64,000 nucleotides of DNA, taken from NCBI GenBank assembly GCA_040954595.2, contig CM082586.2, positions 9,889,337-9,953,336 of the forward strand, in the 5' to 3' direction. This DNA comes from Balanoglossus misakiensis. Its lineage: Eukaryota; Animalia; Hemichordata. A program made the translations under genes and the position numbers. The notes below the pieces were generated by a model. That model had not been told where the DNA came from. It made no database searches and worked only from the letters and a program-made list of their open reading frames with translations. This document shows, piece by piece, positions 41,192 through 53,467 of the stretch (position 1 is the first letter of the stretch; each line of letters opens with the position of its first letter).

Positions 41192-43733
41192 GTGGGCAAC
41201 GAAAGGTCCTGTATCTGTAATTTTTGAATTTTTATTCAGTATTATTCTGGTTGTCAACGATCATTTCAGCTCGGTGAAGCTGGGTAAGCAATGTTGTTAT
41301 TGTTTAAACATTGTATTCAAGCCTGTGTCTGGACTTGGATGCAATTTGTCAATAATAACAGTGATTGGTAACTGCATGTTTACATAACTGGCTATCTGTT
41401 AAAGAGACCATTTGCTGTGTGTACAGTACACATGCCATTGGCCGCTTATGGGTCAGCCAGTGTTTGCCTGTTAATCTCTCGATGTGTGTTATTCTGTCTG
41501 TACAGTCAGATCGCACGGTACTCATTAACATATGTTAATGAGGGAAAGTACTTCAAACCATGTAGCTGTTAGAGTGGGCCCCGCTGAAGGGTCGCAAAAT
41601 AGGCCATTTTTTACGCGACATTATAGAGCTGATTTCAGGCGAGGAGGACTGTGTACAAAATTGAGTATAGACAACTCAGGTTTTAAAGGATGTTTCATCA
41701 TTTCCACTGTGTCAACGTCACTGCATCCTTGCTATGAGAAAAAGCCATCCCTTGTGTACTTCGTGCTTATCACGGGCAAACAATTTGTTTAAAATCCCTG
41801 ATTTTGAAATGGTGCAAACATTTCACCAACAAACTAACACACCATTTGCCCTTACTCAAGACAGCCTGATTTGTTTGAAATGTTATAAAACATTTGTTGC
41901 TTTAGCGGAAAAAGCCAGGTGTAGTATTCAACAAGGCTTAATTATGTCGAGTGATATAGCACTTGCTGAAGAAATTAAAAAATATGTCACAATGCTACAA
42001 TAAAGGATGCAGCTGTGACGACGACTTGGTGAATTTTGCATGCTGGAAAACTGTTGTCTTTTTAGGAGAAGTGCTCCTCAGAAAACATGCCATTCTATTG
42101 TTTGATGTCAGGCAATATTTCAATGATTGTTTAGACAATGAATATCAGACTTTGCGACCCAATGTCAAGTTACAACGAGTGGAATTCCACAGAAAACCTA
42201 ATAGCTGGCTTATTCGGGAATTGCTATGTGTGTATTTTCCAATTCACCTTTCTGTTGTATCAAAAGTGAGTAGAAAGTTCTCCACCTTTTTGTACCGAAC
42301 AGGTTCAGATCTCACTATTGCCCTCCAAAATGCACTTGTCGAACATCCTCAGTATGTTGTGCAAGCTGAGAAACAGATAGAGAGGCTTGAAAAGCAAGTA
42401 AGAGACTTGAGTAAAGTTGACGTTGACTTTTTCAAAATGCTTGATTTGGTGGCTGTGAAATTAAATGCCAGCATTTATCAGCAATCTCAAGAATTCAGTA
42501 ATTACTGCAAAACAAACAATGTTGATCTGAGTACACTTGATGTTGAATATATTGTCAGTGAGGTTGACCCTATGTTATGGAACACTGTTGTATATTTAAC
42601 GTTGAACAACAGTGAACGCAATAAATTAAAAAGCTCCAACTTTGTATGGAATAAACACAACTATGGATTTTATGACCGGCACTCTATGGAGAGTAGAGCA
42701 TGATTCCTCAGGCGTTTCTTTTGTGTGTATGCTATTGTTCATTTGTTCTGATCATTGTACTTACCCATTGCATACTTACCTGGCTGACATTGTTGAAGGT
42801 TATAGTAAGTCATCTACTCTAGTGAAAATTCTAAATTGATTTGGTATTATTTGTTCTGGAGATACATTGCATAGATACATGTTGGGAGTGATCAACAAAA
42901 GAACATCAGCTGATTTCACAGAGGAAAATATTGCAAATAATGCATTTTGTTTAACTTCCATTGACAATATTGATAAATCAGCTAAATATGCAGCTGTTAG
43001 AGCTGATCCAAAGGACAGAGGTTTCCACGGTACTTCTTATCGAATGGTCCAACCAAAATCAAAGTCAATTCTGAACAGTATTGATGATATTGTTTTTGGC
43101 AGTCATGACAAACATTCAACTGTCAAAGATTTTCAGCTAATCAACATTTATGGTGATGGAAGGTGCTTTTTCAGGAGCATCTCTGTGAGAAATGATTTTG
43201 CATTACGAAATTGTGATCGTCTACTTAATGGACTCCCTTCTGACCCAATTTTAGCTGACCGAGAGAAAATATTCACAGACAAGTTAAGAGCAGATACAGT
43301 AGACATAATGCGTGCCAATCATATATACTTTGAAGGACATATATACACCAAGCAGAATGATATATTTGCAAGAGGTGATGGTGATGTGTTCTCCAAGACT
43401 GAGCCTGTCTGTCTCTTGTACACACCAGACAGGCCAGGTCAACCAGGCCATTATGATTTGCTTCTTAACAGGCAGTTAATTAAAAGAAAAGATAGGCTGG
43501 TGAGTGAAAATGCAAAGAATTCATTTGAACGGTGTCAGGAATTAAACAGTGGCTTTTGTTCACAAAATACAGTAGACTCTGAAATGAATAAAATTTTGGC
43601 CAATTTTCCTTGTGGAAATAATACTAAAATCATGGTTGACAGATCTATCTCAAAAAATACTGGTACAGGTTTGAGTGCACCTGTGAGTAAAGCCTGTACA
43701 TTTACGGAGAAAAAATTCAATGATACTGTTCAT

Positions 43734-45448
43734 TTTTTTTTTTTTTTTTTATTTCCATTCATTTAATCTTACATGTATCATAAAGATAAATCGTGTTTTG
43801 ATGAAATAAATAAATAAATAAATAAATAAAAAATAATACTATATAAAAAGAGATTCACCAGGTACATTTGTTTAACAAAATAATTACATCTCAGACGGAA
43901 GCAAGGATTTTCTTCCAATAATGGGTGAAATCTAGATTATTATTCCTTTTGAGTATTTGGTGCATAAATTGTAGATATCTGTAAAATATATCGAAATTGG
44001 TTTTTGCTCTAATGCTGTTAATATCATGTTGTAAATGGACCCATGAAGCGAATACACAATACTTTGCAATAGTAATGACAATGTTTACAAATCTATAAAG
44101 AGGATGACTGTACATAGTTTTGTAACCAAGAATAATAGTTTCTAAGTCGACCTCATGACATATGCCAAGTTTGCTGAGCAAAGCAGATAAACGCTGCCAA
44201 AAATCCCCTAAACGTTGACATTTTAAAAATAGATGCTCATAAGAATCAGTTACATTTCAAAGACAACATAGATCATTTTTACTAATTTTCCATCTTAAAA
44301 GATTGATGCCACATGGCAAAATGTTATGCATAATCTTAAAGTTAAATTCAGCAAGTTTCCTATCACAACACAATCCAGTCGTTTGGTTAACCCATATAGT
44401 TCTCCACTGTAGTGGAGTAGTCATGGTCAAACGACGATTCCATGTATTTTCACAATATGGACGAATAAAACGATTTTGCACAAAAATACTGTAAAAAATT
44501 TTGAAGTAAGGCGAGACAGATCATTAGGTAAAACAAAAACTTTTCCATTGACATGAAGAAAATTCTTTTCTCTACGCATCTGATGCAACTGAGTACCTTT
44601 CAACACAGACTTCCATTCTCTGGGAATAAGATTCCGCAACTTCATCCATTCAACTATCCAATTTGACTTATTCTCGAGTTTTTGTAACAACAGTGTAGGT
44701 GGAAGAAAATTGCCGTTGGTATCGACAATGTCCTGGACATAGATAATATTTGAGTGAATCCAACCAGGGAAAAAAAGAGTCTTACCATTATCTGAAATGT
44801 TGACATTACCCCAGATAATTTGATTACGCACATCTAAATTACTGAGTTTGGAGAAAGTGACGCAACCACCTTTTGCACTATGCCAAGCTGAAATTACTTG
44901 TTTATAGAAAAAGGGAATTCTCTCGAGAAATGGGAAACAGGAAATGTTGCTAAAATTGAAATGAAAAATAAGAAAATCTGGACCATAGTGCCCGAGCCAA
45001 TGCAGTGGCAAGGCCTTCCATTTGGCAGAGGAATTGTCACATAATCTACGAACCCATGATGAACAAAAGGCGTCATGGATGGCAAAAATGTCAGGCATGT
45101 TTAGTCCCCCGCAATCATAAGGGGCAATGAGTGTGAGCCTTTTGATTTTGTCTGGCTTGTCATTCCACAGAAATTTGAAAATAAGACGGTTGATATTCGT
45201 GAGCCACGTTTCAAAAGCACCAAGATTAAGCATAAGGTAGTAAATTGTGGGCAGTGCCAAAGACTTTAAAACCGTAATTTTGCCATAAAGGCTCAGCTTA
45301 CGTCGTGACCAGATGTTGAGCACGCTTTTAAGCCTTTCAATTTTCTTTTCCCATTTCAAAAGTAGACATTTCAGTCGATCGTATCCAAAGAAAACCCCAA
45401 GGGATTTTATAGGCTGTTGCTCCCACATAAAACCCCCAGGTTTATCAT
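43734..45448 (-). mobile_element. 5'-truncated L1/Tx1-clade LINE inserted in the Academ ORF
   Basis: 14-bp TSD ATGATACTGTTCAT (43720-43733 and 45449-45462) and a poly(A) tail on the minus strand at ~43734-43750. ORF2 C-terminus: IKSLGVFFG, WSRRKLSLYGKITVLKSL, KFLWNDK, GGLNMPD, and a zf-RVT-like region (HNILPC...EHLFLKC). Confidence 0.93.
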
Positions 45449-45975
45449 ATGATACTGTTCATGATGATGTAGTATTTAATTAAACCACCTCTACTGAGAC
45501 AACATCAACCACAGTCATCAATTTCGCTGTCAGATTTTGACATTAAACAAGAAGAAGCCATTGCTTGGTCAGAACTGTTTTCTGACGCATTCATTTTTGC
45601 TCTACAAAAAATACAATGCACAGAGCTGATATAGAAACAGTATTTGGGGATTTTAAATCAACATTAGCAACAACTGCTAACAGTAATGACAGTGAATGCT
45701 CAAATGTCATTTATTTGGGCATATCAAGTGAACACGCAGACTCTATTGAAACTGTCCATAACATTATCAATAAGCTGTATATGTTACATTCAGAGTTGGT
45801 GTAAGAATAAAATACCTGGTTGTGGTTGGTGATGGGAAAACTTTCCATCACCTGATAAAGTTAAAAGACATGTATGGTGCAGATTTAGACTGGTTGCAGC
45901 CTTTTATCGGAGACTGGCATACTCTAAAAAATTACCAACCAGTCATCATGAAAATATTCTGGGATGCTGACTTAA

Positions 45976-46771
45976 GATGGGTCCCTGGGATCTTTTTGCT
46001 CGTTGCTATGGGCCTTTATAGGACATTACACCCCGATTTGGACTAAGCCGTTTTCAGAGTCTAACAAGGGGCTGGTAACTAGTTGAAAATCTGCACGATT
46101 GTGTGCACACCCCATGTCCGAGTATGTTTACGGCAGCTACCGCCCGGCCATAGGCCGCCACGCTAATACGGCAAAGCAGCGGTCAGCGATAGCGTGCGCG
46201 TCCTGTAACCACAGTAACTGGATCGAACGCTAAAAATCCAATGTTTTGTACACAGAGATTTTGTACCGTTCACGAAAATCCCTAAGGCTTTTTTCATAGG
46301 CCACGTACGCCAGTCAAATTTGACCTGCTTGTTGAGAACGTACTTCCGCACAGTGTGACGGATCGTTTTTTTCTGTTTTCGTCGTGCTAAGAAGCGATAC
46401 CGGTGGAAGAGTGCGTCCAAAAACACCCAAAATCGATGACTTTTTCAGATGTGGTACGGGTATGCTGAAATCGTAGGATACAACGATAATATTCGAAAAC
46501 AAAATCCGTCACGATCTTCCCTGGTTCAAGCAACTAATGAATACGTATCAAGTTCGTTTTTGAGGTCACGGAATAAAAAGCCTTAGGCTTTTGAAATTTG
46601 ACCTAGCTAATTTGCATATCAATGGCGTCAGGGGGCGCGCGCTCACAATCGTGCAGATTTTCAACTAGTTACCAGCCCCTTGTTAGACTCTGAAAACGGC
46701 TTAGTCCAAATCGGGGTGTAATGTCCTATAAAGGCCCATAGCAACGAGCAAAAAGATCCTAGGGACCCATC
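45976..46771. mobile_element. Kolobok-like non-autonomous element (796 bp) inserted in the Academ ORF
   Basis: 128-bp TIRs with one mismatch (45976-46103 and 46644-46771), TTAA TSD, GA..TC termini. Removal restores IFWDADL-KHLAGFNHKGG in frame. Confidence 0.9.
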
Positions 46772-47105
46772 TTAAAACATCTGGCAGGGTTCAATCATAA
46801 AGGGGGAACTTCGGAAACCCTAGTTCAGTGTACAAATTTCAAGCTAACTCATCGCTTCCCAACACAAATTTGGGAACGTATGTTTAGATGTCTTGTCAAT
46901 TCCTTTTTGAATCAGAGGGGTGAAACCCATAATACCCAGCACTGTCCCTTAGATACAGAAACAGTCCAAAAATGTTTACTAGAAGCTGTCACAAAATGTT
47001 TGGAATGTACTGAAGATAAAGCTGATCATATTGACAAAATTAATGGTGACCTTAAGGCTCAACTTACTGGCTTGCAAGAGGAATTTCAGATTTTTTGTGA
47101 CAGAA

Positions 47106-47720
47106 CATAGTACGATATTTTACCCACAAGTCTCCGTTATTTGTATCATCGAAGGTTGCCCATTTAATAACTTTTTCTGTTTTAGATACTAACAATGATA
47201 TGAAGTACATATAAATCTATTTATTTTTATCTAGGAAAAGTACGTTGAGGAATTAGAATGTAAATTTCAAAATCAAAATTTAAAAGCCATAGAAATCAAA
47301 GTATCAATGTACTGCAAATGTCACACTTTAGGGGAAACAAGCAATGACTAACTGAGGTGGCCAGTCTCTGTTGAAAGTTAACATGTAAATTTCCATTGTT
47401 CTGTCAATAGAAAAAATCAATATCTTTTTGTTTGATTAAACAGGTTTTACAAGTGACCCTGTTTTACTCCAAACTTTTTTGTATGGCTGGCTATGCAATT
47501 GCTTGATTATTTTATAAAATTCGTATCTCCTCTCTCAATAATGCATAATTTTCTAAATCATTTGAAATGGTAATTGACAATAAGATTCACCTTAAAAGTA
47601 AGATCTCAAAATTTATATTAGTGGTGTACAATTCTCTCTACACATGTTAACTTTGCCTGGTTTGACTGAGTAAATGATTGTACAAATCAGAATGAATCAT
47701 GGGATATTTCACGTACTGTG
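47106..47720. mobile_element. Transib/RAG-like non-autonomous element (615 bp) inserted in the Academ ORF
   Basis: 5-bp TSD CAGAA (47101-47105 and 47721-47725), termini CATAGTACG and (rc) CACAGTACG, patchy ~45-bp TIR. Removal restores EEFQIFCDR-RANTDKTFKFW in frame. Confidence 0.8.
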
Positions 47721-48304
47721 CAGAAGGGCAAATACAGACAAAACTTTCAAATTTTGGGTTAGATTTATAGAGGACGATTTGTTTGCATACATGTCTTTGT
47801 ACATTGCAATAAGGTCAGGAAATTGGAACCTTCGAATATTGGCTTTGAAACAAATGAACCCACTGTTCCATGCATATGACCGATCCCTGTACTTGAGGTT
47901 AATTCCCAGACATCTCGCTGACCTTCTGAAGATGCCAAACTCTCTGTTGTTACATTTCAAAGCAGGTGGTTTTGTTTGCAATTTGTCAGGCTCAACTTGG
48001 GTTAATGTAGCACTAGATGAAGCCCATGAAATGTGTGTCAATAAAGATGTTAAAGCTGCATTGCATACTTCTACAGGTGGGTTAATGGAGAGAATAGCAA
48101 TTTATTTACCCTATAGAGCTATGGCTGCCAAGAATCTAAAAGATCAGTTATTTCCTTTCCAAAATGAAACCCATAATTCAGTTAGCGTACATAAAATAAA
48201 TGAGTCAAACTGCAGGTTGTATATCAATTGTCTTGAAGGTGCTGATGTATTTTCACCACTTAATACCGCCAGGGAGCTAACTAATATATTTTCAGATGAC
48301 ACAG

Positions 48305-49370
48305 CGAAAAATAGCGTCAAGGACACTGTGGTCCCATTTGAGGATTATGTAGAAACAGTGACACACCAGAATAAAAATTACAGGTGACATTGCAAGCAGA
48401 TATGATCTTACAATATAGAAATATGGAATGTAAAAACATTAACAAGGAACATGCCCAAAAATTGACCAAAAATTGTCTGTACAAACACATATGAGAAGCA
48501 ACTTCTTTCAGTCAGCCCTGGAACAGACAGACAGACAGACACACACACACACACACACACACACTGACCTGCCACTGGTAATTAAAAATTTAATAGCCCA
48601 TGGTCTCTCTGACAGCTGGCTTATTGAAGTTATGTAAACATGTCTAAGTTGGGGGTAACGACTCCTTGTAAACAGTAACTTTCAAAACAACTGGATAATT
48701 GGTTAAGGAGAAGATTTGCTAACCAAAAACAAAGAAACTTTCATAAAAACTCGCTAAATATTGAATATTTCTGATATCAGAATTGAATAAAAGTTGCACA
48801 TATGCATGTATGTGTTATGAAATTATATCCCAAATTTCAAAGCAATCAGAGAAAAAACAAATTTCAAAGCAATCAACAAGCAGTTTCACAAAAGATATTT
48901 GTTCAAAAGTGGCAAAAACACAAAATTGTACAATACCTTACCTCAATCACTACAAGGAACATGCTGCCAAAGTTCTATGCAATATGACAAACAGTTTCAG
49001 GAAAACAATTTTTGACAAAAATTGCAAAAGTTTCCCCGATAACACATTTATGAAAATATCACATTTTTTACAACATATTACTTGACTTACACCTACGAAC
49101 ATGCCTACCAAATTGCAAAGCAATCTGGCATGCGGTTTTAAAGAAAAATAAATTGACCAAAAATGGCAAATATTGCTCAAAATTATAAATATGCAAATTT
49201 TGCAACAATTTGAACAAAACTATGGTTACTCAGACAACCATTAGGAAGCTTCATGCTAAATTTCAAAGAAGTAAGCCCATCACTTTCAGAAATGAAGACT
49301 TTTTACTAATAACATGGAAAAATACAAAAAAATGCATAAAAAATAGGTAATCAATAATATTAGCTCAAAA
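48305..49370 (+). mobile_element. Interspersed repeat with (ACAG)n(AC)n microsatellite and AAATTTCAAAGCAATC core repeats (Helentron/HINE-like, tentative), associated with loss of part of the Academ ORF
   Basis: AAAAATAGCGTCAAGGACAC recurs at ~53636 (+) and ~52505-52535 (-). Microsatellite at 48522-48564. The core motif recurs inverted at 62.6-64 kb. Confidence 0.55.
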
Positions 49371-50979
49371 CATACATCAATTGTAAGCCAAACAAGAGAA
49401 AACTAGTGAACTTCTTGTCAGCCACATCTTTAAAAATAATTGTGCCGGCTCTGCAAGGTGATCAGGTCCTCATTACAGCAGGTGGCTTTGATGGAGAAAA
49501 TAGGGACAAGAATCTTTTCGTTGGTAGTAATGGAATTGTGTCTGAGTGGGAAGCCAAAAGTTGTCATGAAGAAGCTGACAGTAGATGCATCCTTCATGCA
49601 GTTCAGTCCTCTTACAAGAAAGGTGTTATTTACTCCCCTGATACCGATACTTATCATGTTCTCCTCCCAGTACTATATCAACATGTTCAAAAGGAGATAT
49701 TTGTACAACTTGATAATGATTTATCAAATCTCACTTATTTAGACATGAATCAATTCAAATCAGATTTAAATTTAGACCCTGATTTGCAACATATTCCCCT
49801 CCAATATTTAGGCAAAATATTTCAAACACTGTTCATATGCACAGGTTGTGACTATACTTTGCAGGCATCGGAAGGAAATCTTTCTACAAGACATTTTTTC
49901 AATACTCTGAATTTATAACTAGTGGCACCCTTATACCTGGAACACTGATAGACACAACAGTAGACAGTGTAGGGAATGGAATTTTCGCTTTCATACGTTT
50001 AAAAGGTAGTGTTTATGTTAAGAAACATTTCCAAGCATTTGATGCATCTCATCCTTTTGAACTTTATCGACAAGTAGCCAGTGTCACTAACAGTCTTAAA
50101 GATAACCACATCAAATGGCTTACATATATACGAGAAACAATTTGCCCACGTATCCAGTATGAGGAAGAATGTATCCCTTCCTTTGAAGCCCTACAACTGC
50201 ACTGGAAAAGATCATGCTGGGTCTCTCAGTTATGGTCCCAGGCCGATCAGTGCCATGTTACGTTTCCCTTATTCAATAATTATGGATACAGACTAAGCAA
50301 CGGCGAACTTGATATTATTTAGGACAGTGATGCCAATTTAGAAAAAGTGAAAAATAATTTGGAGTTGCTAACAAAAGGGTGTGGCTGCAAAAAGATGCCA
50401 ACTTGTAATAGCAGATGTTGTAAATGTTATAAGACCCACAATGGTTGTGGCCCTGCGTGTCGATGTAATGACTGCAGTAATCCAGATAATGGGAATCCTG
50501 GATTCTGTACCACATCGAAAAAGTATGGGGTATGCCCAAAATATACAGATAAGTCACCACTATTAGAATCACCATCACCAATCACTGATACTGAACATCA
50601 TAATATGGAAAATAGCATTGATGCAATTTTACAGGAGTCACATGAATTTGACATTTTAAGAGAAGAAGAGGGAAATATTTACGAGACTGATTCTGACTTT
50701 GACGAACTGACTGATGAATATAACTGGACGGAAGAAAAACAAACTGATTATTCAAAGAATGGTGATTGTGATTCCAATGATGGTGACTGTGATGACATTT
50801 AATGAATCATCAAAGAAATTGATTTGGTCTTTTGGGGGTTGCAGCCCTGTTGTGGTTTCAGTCATACCTTTTCAATCGCACCCAGTGTGTATGTGTTAAT
50901 TTCAGACATGGTTACTATAACCGTGTTCCAAACAATCACCATTTTATCCGCTTGACACTGCGGTAACACAACGATCACT

Positions 50980-51665
50980 TCTTTGTCCTCTACTTTTTAA
51001 TATGTACACTTCTCCATTAGGGAAATTAGTTTCTAGTCATGGATGCCTGTATATAGCTTTTATGCAGATGGCTCTTCATTGTCTTTTACCAACGAGAATG
51101 CTCCCAGAATGCTTTATGCGGTACTGGATGTCTGAAAATGTCTTGTGTTTAAATAACGATAAGACTGAATTTGTTATTTTTTCTGCTACTTCGGGTAATC
51201 TATCTGCCAGAGGGATTACAGAAATTCATGTGATGCTCTGAAACCTGTTCATTGTCTGACAATGATTGCACAGATCTGCCATTCAGTCGCTTTTCATTTG
51301 CAGCATATTGCACTTGTCTGTAAATATTTATCTCAAGCCGCCACAGAGCAATAAAGTTCCTGCTTTTGTTGCATTTCGAATAGATTTGTGTAATTCACTT
51401 TTATTTGGGCTCCCTAAGTACGAGATCAGTCGTATTCAAGTTCAAAATATTGCTGCTAGTTCCAAAATCACCTTTTACATCAATGCAATTTCAGTTGCAT
51501 TGGTTACCTGTGTCTGATCGTATTGTTTTCAAGATGTTATTTCTTATTTTTGAATTCATTCATAGACTTGGACCATCATATCTGTCTGATATGATCAAAT
51601 TATATGTTCCAAATCGAAACTTGAAGTCAGCTGATCAGCTCAAACTCTGTCATGTTCAGCCCAAT
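50980..51665 (+). mobile_element. Decayed L2-clade LINE reverse-transcriptase fragment
   Basis: YTSPLG, WMSENVLCLNNDKTEF, RIDLCNSLLFGLP, QLHWLPVSDRIVFK and PSYLSD motifs, with frameshifts. Confidence 0.85.
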
Positions 51666-52627
51666 GCAATGATGACAACAAAAGTCAAAACAAAATTGCT
51701 TGCCTTCAGACACAAATATTTATTGCACATATCATCAGCGAATAAAGGGAAATGGTTTCGAAGTTACAGTTGGCATTTTGCATATTCGAAACATCTACTT
51801 ATATCCCAGGCCATGATACGGAGAAAAAAAAATACACCAGCTGTGCTCCTCACACGTACGTAGTCATGTATGGTAAACCTGGCATTCTGTCCATATGGGA
51901 CCTACATTTGTAGGCGATTGATCGATGTTGTGTCGAAATCAGGCCAGTAATTAAGTTAAAACTTGGCTAATATGTTACCTTAGGGTGTTATCCATTATCC
52001 AGTAACTGTTTTACTTAAGAATTGCCTTTCAAAGACTGTTTCCCCATGGTAAACTTATCGTTTCACGATCAATGCAACACTTCCTGTTACGCAAGCATTT
52101 CAAATTAATTTCTTTTCACGGATGTTGGGACCGATATTAGACCTCTCTATCAGGAAAGTTTGGTTACTTTCTGAGGTCGTTTTCAAATGATTTTTGACAC
52201 GTTTGTGGACGTCTCTTTCGGGGTCACCAACATACCACCGAAAACACGTTAAAAACTTTTACTATTACCACAGATTTTCATAAAATTTACGTATGCAGTG
52301 AAAAATGGGAATCACTTTCGTAATTTATCCAGCTAACATGGTATTTTATTGCACAACAGAGCGTAAAAATCAAGTTGAAAATCACCTTGAAAACTGGCCT
52401 ATTGCCGTCTGTTTGAAAGTTAACGGTCGCTCGCTTGATGAACTTTCATATGCAAATGAGCACCGTGCGATCTGACTGTGTATATGTACTCCGTGTAGAC
52501 TGAATGGGACCACTGTGTCCTTGACGCAATTTTTTACACTTATCAGGTATATGTTGACTAACACAAGCCAAAATATCACCAACTCATCTGAGAAATCTTA
52601 TCCCAGGTCCTAAGGTTGTGAGATTAA

Positions 52628-53026
52628 TAGAATCTCACACTCCCAAGGACTAGGGGTCATAATTCTGACATGAGTTGGGGATTTTATGTCCCACACAAGC
52701 CGCAGGCGAGTGTGGGACAAAATATCCCTGACGAGTGTGGGAAATATGATCATAGGTCCTTTGTGTATGAGATTATATTTCTCACACGGGCACAAATTAG
52801 CTAAATTCGTCTTAAAACATTGAATAAATGACTCTTGAATTGTCATCTGGCATGTAGTTTCTTTATCGTGTCATTGGATAACATTTAGCGCACGTTATTA
52901 AAAAACGCTTTGTCATCCAATCGGCGCTCGCGTTATATACAGCTTTCGATTCAGTGAGTGTGTGGGATTGATTTGTTCTCACACTCTGATCCCACACTCT
53001 CAGCATGCCAGGAGTGTGAGAATCTA
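52628..53026. mobile_element. 399-bp non-autonomous element with TAG...CTA TIRs and an internal hairpin
   Basis: TTAA-TAGAATCTCACACTCC ... GGAGTGTGAGAATCTA-TTAA. Internal palindrome TGTCCCACACAAGCCGCAGGCGAGTGTGGGACA. Confidence 0.75.
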
Positions 53027-53347
53027 TTAAGATCTACGAGTTTGAAATCTTAGGTGAAGATTTTATCAATTTCACTGCCAACCATGTAGGGCATACTGGG
53101 ATATGTGTACATGCCAAAGCACAAACAGTTATGACCTGACAGCTCAGTTTGTAGATCATTTCTACAAATCCACAAAGAAACTCAAAGTTTAGAAAAGTCA
53201 GGCCTGTTAGAAATATTATAAATATCACTGTTAATACTAATTTCAAAGCCATGTGAATTTGTTCACTTTATGGAAATTTTTAAAGGAAGGGAGGATTGGT
53301 ATTGACTTGAATAATTACAACGGATGTTTTTTTCTCTCTATTTTCAG

Positions 53348-53467
53348 ATGTGAATGAGTGTTCAGATTCTGTTTGTGCTGGAGGTTTTCTCAATGCAGAG
53401 GGTGGATTCAGCTGTAGTTGTGGTGATGATGGTTTCTCTCTGAGTGCAGAGCATGTCAATTGTTTAG
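53348..53467 (+). pseudogene. cbEGF exon 3 (third Cys lost)
   Basis: tttcag/gtaagt boundaries. DVNECSDSVCAGGFLNAEGGFSCSCGDDGFSLSAEHVNCL. Confidence 0.88.

Larger units (their letters stand above)
41680..50802 (+). pseudogene. Academ transposase polyprotein: Zn finger - DDE-like core with OTU insert - XPG/FEN nuclease - Cys8/CXC - acidic tail; fragmented
   Basis: Motifs in order: LCQRH, CTSC and LICLKCY; SIDNIDK; GDGRCFFRS and GHYD; VVGDGKT and FIGDWHTLKNY; AIRSGNWNLR and ALDEAHE; HEEADSR, SPDTD and TGCDY; LHWKRSCWV; GCGCKKMPTCNSRCCKCYKTHNGCGPACRCNDCSNP. Multiple stops and frameshifts. Confidence 0.88.
41501..52480 (+). mobile_element. AcademX-type DNA transposon (decayed, with five nested insertions)
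   Basis: 34-bp imperfect TIRs: TACAGTCAGATCGCACGGTACTCATTAACATATG (41501) versus reverse complement CACAGTCAGATCGCACGGTGCTCATTTGCATATG (ending 52480). They enclose a transposase + XPG + Cys8 ORF, the defining Academ architecture. No TSD is recognisable. Confidence 0.8.

Noticed and set aside
46163-46502. ORFs inside the 796-bp TTAA element
   Set aside because: Short, with no recognisable transposase or THAP motifs; treated as non-coding interior.
50347-50802. Host tesmin/LIN54-like CXC gene
   Set aside because: It is intronless and continuous with the XPG region of the transposase, so it is the Academ Cys8 finger.
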